From the NCBI GenBank assembly GCA_045636665.1, contig JAZTXY010000085.1, forward strand, positions 1 through 33,423: a DNA stretch of 33,423 bases, in the 5' to 3' direction. Both the position numbers and the translations under genes were made by a program. Source of the stretch: Eubacteriales bacterium (GTDB lineage Bacteria > Bacillota > Clostridia > Oscillospirales > CAG-382). Shown here piece by piece: positions 9,640 through 17,749 of the stretch. The notes under the pieces are model-generated. The model was given only the letters and a program-made list of their open reading frames with translations, did no database searches and had not been told where the DNA came from. Numbering within the stretch: position 1 is the first letter of the stretch; each line of letters starts with the position of its first letter.

Positions 9640-11087
9640 ATTACATCAGCACCCGTACTGTTGACGGCGAAAAAAGAAGCGCCGCATACGTTATCAAAAA
9701 GGGACTTGCCGAGGACGGCGGTCTTTATATTCCCGAAAATATTCCTACGCTCGATGAGGTTGCCATCACCGCGCTTTGCGGTATGAGCTATACCGAAAGG
9801 GCGGCATATATCCTTTCGCTTTTCCTTACCGATTACAGCGATTCCGAGCTTAAAACCGCGGCAGAGGAAGCCTACAGCTTGGAAAAATTCGGCGGTCCCG
9901 CGGCACCCATCGCGCGTGTCGGCGGCGGTTATTTCCTCGAGCTGTGGCACGGCCCCACGAGCGCATTCAAGGATATGGCGCTTCAAATAATGCCCCGTTT
10001 GCTTTCGCTTTCGCTCGGCAAAACCAACGAAACCAAGGATGCATTCATCCTCGTCGCAACAAGCGGCGACACGGGCAAGGCGGCGCTTGAGGGCTATTGC
10101 GATATCGACCGCGTCGGTATTCAGGTGTTCTATCCCGTAAACGGTGTTTCGAACATCCAAAAGAAGCAAATGGCTTCGCAAAAGGGCAAAAACGTTAAGG
10201 TCGTTGCAATAAACGGCAACTTTGACGATGCTCAAAGCGGTGTTAAGGCGATTTTCGCAAACGAAGAAGCGAAAAAGCTGCTCGAATCGCGCGGAAAATT
10301 CTTCTCCAGCGCAAATTCAATAAACTGGGGCAGACTCGCGCCGCAGATAGTTTATTACGTTTCGGCATATTGCGACCTTGTTAAGGAAGGCGAAATTAAG
10401 TTTGGCGACCTTCTCGACGTAACCGTACCCACCGGCAACTTCGGTAACATCCTTGCGGCGTATATCGCAAAGAAGATGGGACTTCCCTTGGGTAAATTGG
10501 TCTGCGCGTCGAACAAAAACGATATCCTTGCCGATTTTATCAACACAGGTGTTTACGATAAGCGCCGTGAATTTTTCACAACCGTTTCTCCCTCGATGGA
10601 CATCCTTATTTCGAGCAATTTAGAGCGTCTTCTTTGGTTCGTTTTAGGTGCCGAAAAGACTCGCGATTGTATGGAAAAGCTCAACCGCGACGGTATTTAT
10701 AAATTGGATGACGAGGCAATGGAGATAATCCGCAAGGACTTTGCGGGAATTTCCTGCTCGGAGGAGGAAACCAAGGAAACCATTAAATCGGTATTCGCCG
10801 AATACGGTTATCTTTGCGATACTCACACCGCGGTTGCGGCAAACGCGGCAAAGAAATACGACGGCAAAAACAAAATGCTCGTTGTTTCCACCGCTTCGCC
10901 CTATAAGTTCGCGCCCGCAGTGCTTTCTGCGCTTGGCGAAGAAGTGCCTGCCGACGATTTCGATGCTTTGGACAAGCTTTTTGCGGTTACCAAATGCGCG
11001 ATTCCTAAAAATCTCGCAAATCTCCGCGATGCCGAGGTTCGCTTCACCGAAACGGTAGACCCCTGCCAAATGCTCGAAACGATATAA
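9636..11087 (+). CDS. thrC: Threonine synthase
   Basis: YISTR, GLA.DGGL, LELWHGPT.AFKD (PLP Lys), ATSGDTG, ANSINWGR and VPTGNFGN motifs. Confidence 0.96.
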   Translation: MNYISTRTVDGEKRSAAYVIKKGLAEDGGLYIPENIPTLDEVAITALCGMSYTERAAYILSLFLTDYSDSELKTAAEEAYSLEKFGGPAAPIARVGGGYFLELWHGPTSAFKDMALQIMPRLLSLSLGKTNETKDAFILVATSGDTGKAALEGYCDIDRVGIQVFYPVNGVSNIQKKQMASQKGKNVKVVAINGNFDDAQSGVKAIFANEEAKKLLESRGKFFSSANSINWGRLAPQIVYYVSAYCDLVKEGEIKFGDLLDVTVPTGNFGNILAAYIAKKMGLPLGKLVCASNKNDILADFINTGVYDKRREFFTTVSPSMDILISSNLERLLWFVLGAEKTRDCMEKLNRDGIYKLDDEAMEIIRKDFAGISCSEEETKETIKSVFAEYGYLCDTHTAVAANAAKKYDGKNKMLVVSTASPYKFAPAVLSALGEEVPADDFDALDKLFAVTKCAIPKNLANLRDAEVRFTETVDPCQMLETI

Positions 11088-11117
11088 AAAAGTCCCCTTT
11101 TCAGAGGACGTGGGCTA

Positions 11118-11303
11118 TTAACCGAAATTCTTCGGCTTGAAGGTCGCGCAAACGGTTTGCGTGCTGTTTGCGGCGGTCGAAGGGCCGACGGTAATGTGGT
11201 TTGCGGTGCAAAAATGCACGCCGTCGTGGTAGGCGCATTTAACAACACTGCAGCTGATTCCGTGAATGTGCTTCGGCACTTGGTTAAAAGAGATTTCGTT
11301 CAT
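11118..11303 (-). CDS. Small Cys-rich DUF1540-like protein
   Basis: I.CSV.KC.YH....CTA..I.V.....T.CATF pattern; RBS GAAAGGA upstream on the minus strand. Confidence 0.8.
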   Translation of the reverse strand: MNEISFNQVPKHIHGISCSVVKCAYHDGVHFCTANHITVGPSTAANSTQTVCATFKPKNFG

Positions 11304-11375
11304 AATAATTTCCTTTCAACAGTAGTCTACAACCTATTATCTGCAAAAATTCTGAAAATATTACGGAGAGTATGA

Positions 11376-12080
11376 ATGTCGGTTTTTGTTATCGCTGATT
11401 TGCATCTTTCGCACACAACGAATAAACCGATGGACATCTTCGGCGCGCGTTGGGAAAACCATACCGAGAGATTGCGCGAAAATTGGCAATCGGTCGTTTC
11501 GCCCGATGATACGGTTATTATCGCAGGCGACATTTCTTGGGGAATGCGAACCGACGATGCCTTGGCGGATTTGATGTTTATCGAATCGCTCAACGGCAAA
11601 AAGATTATCGCAAAGGGAAATCACGATTATTGGTGGCAAACGATGAAGAAGCTTTACGAGCTTCGTGATTCTGTCGGCTGTCAAAGCATTGATTTTCTTT
11701 TCAACAACGCCTACGTTGTCGAAAATTTTATAATTTGCGGTACGCGCGGTTGGTTTCCCGAAAGCAATTACGGCCCCGATGATGAAAAAATCGTCAACCG
11801 CGAAGCCGAAAGATTACGCACCTCGATTCTTGCAGGGCTTAAATTAAAGGAACAGCACCCCGAAAAGGAAATGCTCGTTTTCCTTCATTATCCGCCTGCA
11901 TACGGAAGCGTTAAGTGTGAGCGAATTTGCGAGGTAATCCACGAATACGGCATAAAGCGCGTTTATTACGGTCACCTTCACGGTGCGGTGAAATCGCGCC
12001 TTATCCATCAAATCGCAGGCGCGCAGTTAACTCTTATCGCCGCCGATTGGGTGGATTTCACTCCCATAGAAATTAAATAA
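11376..12080 (+). CDS. Calcineurin-like metallophosphoesterase (DR1119-like)
   Basis: ADLHL, AGDISW, KGNHDYWW, LHYPP and YGHLH motifs. Confidence 0.92.
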   Translation: MSVFVIADLHLSHTTNKPMDIFGARWENHTERLRENWQSVVSPDDTVIIAGDISWGMRTDDALADLMFIESLNGKKIIAKGNHDYWWQTMKKLYELRDSVGCQSIDFLFNNAYVVENFIICGTRGWFPESNYGPDDEKIVNREAERLRTSILAGLKLKEQHPEKEMLVFLHYPPAYGSVKCERICEVIHEYGIKRVYYGHLHGAVKSRLIHQIAGAQLTLIAADWVDFTPIEIK

Positions 12081-12082
12081 TT

Positions 12083-12117
12083 AAAGGACAGAGAACGAAA
12101 AATTCTCTGCCCTTTTT
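12083..12117. terminator. Terminator between convergent genes, possibly bidirectional
   Basis: AAAGGACAGAGAA...TTCTCTGCCCTTTTT. Confidence 0.7.
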
Positions 12118-12119
12118 AT

Positions 12120-12719
12120 TTAGCTTTCTGACGTCACCGTAAACTCGTTAGAATAAACGGTACAGCCGGTGGTTTTGTCTGCGAAAAATCTGTCGGATAT
12201 GAAGCTTTGTGTGACTCTGTATTTAGGATAACCTGTCTCGACACGCTCGCTCAGTTCAAACGTATAGGTTCCTTTGCCGTAACAGAAAAACGCTTCTTCA
12301 AGAATTAAAAAATCTTTTTTGCAACGCTTCCATTCCTTTGCTTCTTCGTCCCAATATTCGACAAAAAAGTTATGGCCGTATCCTAACTCTGCCGCTTCAT
12401 CATTCGCAACGAAGGTGAGAACGATTTTTTCATCGATGGTGTATTCGGTTTTGTCGGTCGTCATAACGATGTCAAGCGGCTCTGTCTGATCGAAATCGGG
12501 AGCGTTCGATTCTGCATTGCTTTCGGGCGCGTTGCTTTCGGGCGCAGAGCTGTCGGGTGCAGAGCTTTCAGCGTCTGATATTTCAACGTCCGAGCTTTCG
12601 ATGGGCGCGGTTGAGCTTTCGGCTTCTCCGACATCGCAGGCAAACAACGAAACCGCCAATAAAAATGCGGTTAAAGCTAAAATGATTTTTTTCTTGTAAT
12701 TAATTGTACCGTAAATCAA
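12120..12719 (-). CDS. Lipoprotein with a low-complexity linker and a C-terminal Ig-like domain
   Basis: KKK, hydrophobic stretch, lipobox LFAC; APESN/APDSS linker; TDKTEY...YG.NF.VE...EW...YRV...SNEFTV beta-sandwich pattern. The start codon is uncertain. Confidence 0.7.
   Translation of the reverse strand: MIYGTINYKKKIILALTAFLLAVSLFACDVGEAESSTAPIESSDVEISDAESSAPDSSAPESNAPESNAESNAPDFDQTEPLDIVMTTDKTEYTIDEKIVLTFVANDEAAELGYGHNFFVEYWDEEAKEWKRCKKDFLILEEAFFCYGKGTYTFELSERVETGYPKYRVTQSFISDRFFADKTTGCTVYSNEFTVTSES
12517..12572. repeat. Imperfect 15-bp tandem repeat encoding the AP(E/D)S(N/S) linker
   Basis: TTGCTTTCGGGCGCG TTGCTTTCGGGCGCA GAGCTGTCGGGTGCA GAGCTTTCAGC. Confidence 0.8.
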
Positions 12720-13665
12720 AGTAATTCACCGCCTGTGCTAAAACTGTATTGATAGTATGTGCAACGTTATATTGTCCGGAATCATTTCCTCCGCAATGAA
12801 TACCGATGACCTTATACGTGCTCACTCCGTTAACGATGCGAAGTGTTAAAACGGGAGAACCGCTGTTGCCGCCTACTGTGTCGCAACAATGTCTAAAGTA
12901 GCTACCGTAAATGGCTGAAATTCGCCCCGGCGATTCATGCATAGTTTTTATTAAGCCGCCGACACCTTCGTTTGGGTATCCAATTGTTTCGACTTCTTGA
13001 TTAGTGGTAAGAGCGGTTGTATCGAAAGTTAATATTCCGTTTGCGCTTCCCACATCATCTTCTACAATAAGTATAGCCCAGTCATATGTAACTGTCGGAT
13101 TAGATTTATAAGTTATAGGAATAATTGCCTTAAGCACTTTAGTTCCGTTGGTACGGATGTATGCGTTTGAGGCATTGCTCGGAGCATGCGGCATCGCGTA
13201 CGCCTCAGTGTCCCAAGTCTGTGCTGTGGCATCATATACACAGTGTGCTGCGGTCAACAATATCTTTTTTCCAACGATAAATGCAGTAGATCTGTTGCCT
13301 GCTAATAAACTGCACACAGACCGGTAAGGAGTACTGTTTAATCTAATATCCGGTATAAATGACCAATTGTAAAACTCTTCGTCGGCTCCAATGTAAACGT
13401 TTGGAGTTGTTTCCGAATCATTTGGAATTTGTTGCGTTTCCGGATTTGACGAATCATCTCTATAGGGTACACGGCGAGTTGTTTCTGTATCTGTTGTGAA
13501 ATCGTATTCTACTACGGTGATTTCTCGAATAATAGCATTAGCCGCTAAGGTATCAGTGTTGGAGTTCGCAGTTGCAGAAGTCGAAGCTGATAAAAACGAA
13601 TTTACCAATAGTGCTGCCAAAGCTAATTTTAAAAATGCGTTTTTTAGAGTTATTTACTTTTTCAT
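12700..13665 (-). pseudogene. Secreted trypsin-like (V8/glutamyl-endopeptidase-like) serine protease with an in-frame TAA at codon 4
   Basis: TAAHC, YDWAI and GGNSGSP triad motifs are intact. RBS AAGGAGG precedes ATG 13665, in frame with ORF 13620, and reads MKK*ITLKNAFLKLALAALL. Confidence 0.65.
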
Positions 13666-13834
13666 AAAATGCCTCCTTATAGTTTTAAAACGGTTAAAGA
13701 GTATTGTGAACGATAATGACCCATTGGAATCACCTCCTAAAGCGACGGGCAATTGCGGGGGTTATCCCACTTCACTATAAATATGTCTTTAAAACCGAAA
13801 ATGTCTATAAAAATTTTTATTTTATCCCAAAAGC

Positions 13835-13867
13835 AAAACGCGAGGAAAAATCCCTCGCGTTGTTTTT
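13835..13867 (-). terminator. Terminator downstream of deoD
   Basis: AACGCGAGG / CCTCGCGTT stem with A- and T-tracts on both sides. Confidence 0.7.
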
Positions 13868-13873
13868 ATGACT

Positions 13874-14572
13874 TTACGCAATTTCAAGACAAAGCTTTAT
13901 CATTTCGTTAAAGCCGGTTTGACGCTCCTCGGTGGAAAGCTCCTCTTTGGTGAACATGTGGTTGCTTACCGTACAAACGCAAAGCGCCTTTGCCTTTGCC
14001 TTTGCGGCAATCATATAAAGTGCGGCTGCTTCCATCTCTACACCCAAAATGCCCATATCCTTCCAAATCGCGTTCACCTTTTCGGGCGCATAGAAAACGT
14101 CGGTCGAATAGATGTTGCCGACTCTCGCGCTGATGCCAAGCTCTTTTGCCTTTGCATCCGCCGCCTTAAGAAGCTCGAAATCGGCAATCGGCGCAAATGT
14201 GCCGGGAAGCTCGTATTGCCAAGCGAAATTGCTGTCGTGGCAAACGCCTTGTGCGATGATGATATCACGAACGTTAACGCCGTCACCGATACCGCCTGCC
14301 GAGCCTGCGCGGATGATTTGCTTTACGCCGTAATGGTTGTAAAGCTCGTAAGCATAAATGCCGATAGAAGCCATACCCATACCGTGTCCCATAACCGAAA
14401 CGCGTTTGCCCTTGTAATAGCCCGTGTAACCGAGCATACCGCGTACCTCGTTAAAGCAAACGGCATCGTCAAGATAAGTTTCTGCAATATATTTTATGCG
14501 CAACGGGTCGCCGCACATAACGACTGTTTCGGCAATGTCGCCGATATTTGCTGAATTATGAGGAGTAGACAT
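13874..14572 (-). CDS. deoD: Purine-nucleoside phosphorylase DeoD-type
   Basis: MSTPH, GDPLR, VRGMLGYTG, GHGMG..S.GIY and GVEMEAA motifs; ATG at 14572 after AAGGTGA. Confidence 0.95.
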   Translation of the reverse strand: MSTPHNSANIGDIAETVVMCGDPLRIKYIAETYLDDAVCFNEVRGMLGYTGYYKGKRVSVMGHGMGMASIGIYAYELYNHYGVKQIIRAGSAGGIGDGVNVRDIIIAQGVCHDSNFAWQYELPGTFAPIADFELLKAADAKAKELGISARVGNIYSTDVFYAPEKVNAIWKDMGILGVEMEAAALYMIAAKAKAKALCVCTVSNHMFTKEELSTEERQTGFNEMIKLCLEIA

Positions 14573-14586
14573 TTTTATCACCTTTT

Positions 14587-14637
14587 TCCCAAGGAAACTT
14601 TTGAAAAAGTTTCCTTGACCTTCAAAACTTTTCAATA
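14587..14637. repeat. Palindromic REP-like element, family B copy 1
   Basis: CAAGGAAACTTTT-ga-AAAAGTTTCCTTG plus tail ACCTTCAAAACTTTTCAATA; similar copy at 31461-31513. Confidence 0.7.
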
Positions 14638-14681
14638 ATAAATATTAAAAATACGCAGTATTTTTATAATTAAATCCATAT

Positions 14682-14710
14682 AAAAATCCGCGACATGCGC
14701 GTGGATTTTT
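14682..14710. terminator. Hairpin, probable terminator downstream of ahcY
   Basis: AAAAATCCGCG-acatgcg-CGTGGATTTTT. Confidence 0.55.
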
Positions 14711-14718
14711 ATACCTTA

Positions 14719-14840
14719 GAGCATCGCGAGTGTCGAGCGAAGCGAGGCGCGAGGTGCGAACGTACGATGCTCACAAAACCCCGCCGCGCGGGCATGGGGT
14801 CCCCGAAAAATCTTTAGATTTTTTGGGGAGAGCGAAGCGA
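14719..14840. repeat. GC-rich multi-hairpin intergenic element, family A copy 1
   Basis: GAGCATCG/CGATGCTC closing stem, ACCCC/GGGGT stem, CCCCGAAAAATCT/AGATTTTTTGGGG stem, AGAGCGAAGCGA tail. Confidence 0.65.
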
Positions 14841-14841
14841 C

Positions 14842-16092
14842 TCAGTGCTGCCAAGCACCCAAATAATTCTTTTGATTTTCGGTAAGAGTGTCAATCTTGC
14901 AGCCCCAGAAAGCGAGCTTGCGGCGAGCAACCTCCTCGTCAACCTCACGCGGTACGCGGATAAGCTTTTCCTGAATGTTGCCCTTGTTTGTAACCAAGTG
15001 AAGCGCGGAAAGCGCCTGAATAGCAAAGGACATATCCATAATTTCGGCAGGGTGACCGTCGCCTGCACAAATATTTACCAATCTGCCCTCGGCAATAACG
15101 TAAACGGTGTTGCCGTTGGGAAGCTTATAGCCGATAATATTGTTACGCGCTTCAAAGGTTTCGGTTGCGTATTCGCGAAGCGCCTTCATATCAACCTCAA
15201 CGTCGAAGTGACCTGCGTTTGTAAGAATTGCGCCGTCCTTAAGAAGCTCGAAGTGCTTGGTGGTGATAACCTCGCAGTCGCCGGTTACGGTGCAGAAGAA
15301 ATCGCCTTCCTTTGCCGCATCCTCCATGGGCATAACCGCGAAGCCGTCCATAACCGCTTCCATTGCGCGGATGGGGTCTACCTCGGTAACGATAACCGAT
15401 GCGCCCAAGCCCTTTGCACGCATTGCAACGCCCTTGCCGCACCAGCCATAGCCTGCAACAACGACCTTTTTGCCTGCAACGATAAGGTTTGTGGTGCGGT
15501 TAATACCGTCCCAAACCGATTGACCCGTGCCGTAACGGTTGTCGAAAAGATGCTTGCAGTCGGCATCGTTAACCAAAACCATCGGGAATTCCAAAATGCC
15601 CTCGCGCGCCATAGCGTGCAAGCGGATGATACCTGTCGTGGTTTCTTCGCATCCGCCGATAACGTCGGGAAGAAGCTCGCGGTATTTGGTGTGGATAAGG
15701 TTTACCAAATCGCCGCCGTCGTCAATGATAATGTTGGGTCTGCCCTCTGCGATAACGCGTGAGGTATGTGCTTCATATTCCTCGTCGGTACAGCCGTGCC
15801 AAGCGTATACGTTAAGTCCGCCGTGAACCAAAGCAGCCGCAACGTCATCCTGAGTAGAAAGAGGGTTCGAGCCGGTGATATACATTTCGGCACCGCCTGC
15901 CGCAAGAACACGGCAAAGGTAAGCGGTTTTTGCCTCCAAATGCACCGAAAGCGCAACACGAAGCCCCTCAAAAGGCTTGGTCTTGCTGAATTCCTCTTCA
16001 ATACCGCGAAGAAGGTCCATATTGCTCTTTACCCATTGAATTTTAGTTTCTCCGCTTTCCCAAAGCGAAATATCTTTAATATCGTAAGACAT
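14842..16092 (-). CDS. ahcY: Adenosylhomocysteinase family protein (SAH/SIH hydrolase)
   Basis: HLEAKTA, SNPLSTQD, DDGGD, EETTTG, KHLFDNRYGTGQS, GYGWCGKG, NAGHFD and EGRLVN...GHP motifs. Confidence 0.95.
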   Translation of the reverse strand: MSYDIKDISLWESGETKIQWVKSNMDLLRGIEEEFSKTKPFEGLRVALSVHLEAKTAYLCRVLAAGGAEMYITGSNPLSTQDDVAAALVHGGLNVYAWHGCTDEEYEAHTSRVIAEGRPNIIIDDGGDLVNLIHTKYRELLPDVIGGCEETTTGIIRLHAMAREGILEFPMVLVNDADCKHLFDNRYGTGQSVWDGINRTTNLIVAGKKVVVAGYGWCGKGVAMRAKGLGASVIVTEVDPIRAMEAVMDGFAVMPMEDAAKEGDFFCTVTGDCEVITTKHFELLKDGAILTNAGHFDVEVDMKALREYATETFEARNNIIGYKLPNGNTVYVIAEGRLVNICAGDGHPAEIMDMSFAIQALSALHLVTNKGNIQEKLIRVPREVDEEVARRKLAFWGCKIDTLTENQKNYLGAWQH

Positions 16093-16103
16093 ATTTTTAC
16101 TCC

Positions 16104-17366
16104 TTAATTGTCAAGAAAGTTGACGATTTTGTTTATATTGTAATAAAGCTGTTCGGTATCTATTGTAAGCAGCTCTTTGTTTTTCATAACTACCTTGCCG
16201 TCGATAATGAGGGTATCGGTTTCACTGCCGTCACAGCAATAGCAGATAGCCGCGTAATAATTGCGAAGCGGTATCATCTGAGGCACGTCGGTATCGATAA
16301 GCGCGATATCCGCCGCCCAGCCCTCTTCGATTTTGCCCAAGCGGTCAAAGCCAAGCGCCTGAGCACCGTTTACCGTCGCAAATTCAATCGCCTTCTTGGC
16401 AGGTATCGCAGTCGAATCGTAATTCGTGCCCTTGTGCAGAAGCGTCATATAATTAAGCTCGGAGAACATATTAAGCGAGTTGTTCGAAGCCGCCGAATCG
16501 GTTCCGATACAAACGTTAACGCCCGCTTGGTCAAGCTGATAAATAGGCGCGATGCCGTTGCCGAGCTTAAGGTTCGATTTAGGATTGGAGGCAACCGAAA
16601 CGCCGTATTTCGCAAGTATCGAAATATCGTTTTCGGTAAGCTGAACGCAGTGCGCGGCAAGGGTTTTGTTTTCAAAAAGTCCAAGAGATGCAACGTATTC
16701 GGTCGGGGTACAGCCGTTATCGCGCATACAGTCGTTGAATTCCGCCTTGCTTTCCGAAAGGTGGATGTTAAGTCCGAGATTTAAGCGCTTTGCTTCCTCG
16801 GATATCTTTAAAAGATATTCCCTGTCGCAGGTATATATTGCGTGGGGCGCAAGCATAAATTTAATATTCTTTTCGTGCTTCCATTCTTCGATTTCCTTGA
16901 ATTGGTCGTCAAGACGCTTTTGTCCGCCCTCACTTCCGACAAGTCCGCGCGAAACGACTGCACGCATACCGCAATCAACCGCGGCGCGAGCCGAATTGCC
17001 GGGGAAAAGGTGCATATCGCAAAATGTCGCACAGCCGCGCTTCATCATTTCCGCGCAGGAAAGAAGCGAGCCCCAATATGCCTGCTCGCCGTCAAGACGG
17101 TCTTCCTTGGGCATAACGCCGTTGAAAAGCCATTCCATAAAGGGAAGGTCGTCTGCCGCGTTGCGAAGCGTGGACATATACATGTGAGTGTGCGCGTTAA
17201 CGAACGCAGGCATCGCCAAACGGTTTTTGCCGTCAATAATTTCGTCTGCAACAAAATCGTCGCCGATTTGTCCGATTTTTGCAATAATGCCGTCTGTGAT
17301 GGCGATATCGGTCGTTTTTAAACGGTCGCCATCGGGCAGAATTACGTTTTTAATAAGAAGCTTCAT
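16104..17366 (-). CDS. mtaD: MTA/SAH deaminase-type amidohydrolase
   Basis: VNAHTH, R..ADDL....WL, APHAIY, IHLSE, AAHCV, SNLKLG.G and GTDSAASNN motifs; adjacent to ahcY. Confidence 0.8.
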   Translation of the reverse strand: MKLLIKNVILPDGDRLKTTDIAITDGIIAKIGQIGDDFVADEIIDGKNRLAMPAFVNAHTHMYMSTLRNAADDLPFMEWLFNGVMPKEDRLDGEQAYWGSLLSCAEMMKRGCATFCDMHLFPGNSARAAVDCGMRAVVSRGLVGSEGGQKRLDDQFKEIEEWKHEKNIKFMLAPHAIYTCDREYLLKISEEAKRLNLGLNIHLSESKAEFNDCMRDNGCTPTEYVASLGLFENKTLAAHCVQLTENDISILAKYGVSVASNPKSNLKLGNGIAPIYQLDQAGVNVCIGTDSAASNNSLNMFSELNYMTLLHKGTNYDSTAIPAKKAIEFATVNGAQALGFDRLGKIEEGWAADIALIDTDVPQMIPLRNYYAAICYCCDGSETDTLIIDGKVVMKNKELLTIDTEQLYYNINKIVNFLDN

Positions 17367-17420
17367 TCAAAAAAACCTCCGTAAAGAGAAGACTTGACAA
17401 GCGATTATTGGGTGAAAAAC

Positions 17421-17486
17421 ACAAAAATTAATCACAAACGCCATACATATCCCATTATACAACGAATTTTATGGAAAATCAAGAAA
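17421..17486 (-). promoter_or_regulatory. 66-bp direct repeat copy 1, containing a sigma-A promoter facing mtaD
   Basis: Minus strand reads TTGATT, 17 bp, TATAAT; 56/66 identical to 17679-17744 by manual count. Confidence 0.8.
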
Positions 17487-17631
17487 GCGCTCCGCGCTCC
17501 GCAAAAATGCAAGCATTTCTGCGGGTTGCGAGTTCCGTACGCTCGCGCCTGCGCGCACTCAAGCCTGCGGCTTTCGCACACTTGCGGAACCCCAAGGAGT
17601 TTTTTCCAAGGCGCATGTCCTCGGAAAAAAC
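17487..17631. repeat. GC-rich multi-hairpin element, family A copy 2 (reverse orientation)
   Basis: CCGCAAAAATGC/GCATTTCTGCGG, GTTCCG/CGGAAC and GTTTTTTCCAAGG/CCTCGGAAAAAAC stems. Confidence 0.6.
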
Positions 17632-17678
17632 AAAATCGTTGTATAATGCGATATTGTTGCGATTCGATTATATTTCAT

Positions 17679-17744
17679 ACAAAAAATAATCACAAACGTC
17701 ATACATTTTACATTATACTATGGAATTTGTGGAAAATCAAGAAA
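17679..17744 (-). promoter_or_regulatory. 66-bp direct repeat copy 2, containing a second sigma-A promoter facing mtaD
   Basis: Minus strand reads TTGATT, 17 bp, TATAAT. Confidence 0.75.
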
Positions 17745-17749
17745 AAAGG

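Noticed and set aside
14646..14666. TAAAAATAC-gca-GTATTTTTA palindrome upstream of deoD
   Set aside because: AT-rich, single occurrence, and no regulator could be assigned.
17367..17700. SAM/SAH/purine riboswitch upstream of mtaD-ahcY
   Set aside because: No S-box (ATC.AGA...GAGGGA), SAH or purine aptamer consensus was recognised on the minus strand.
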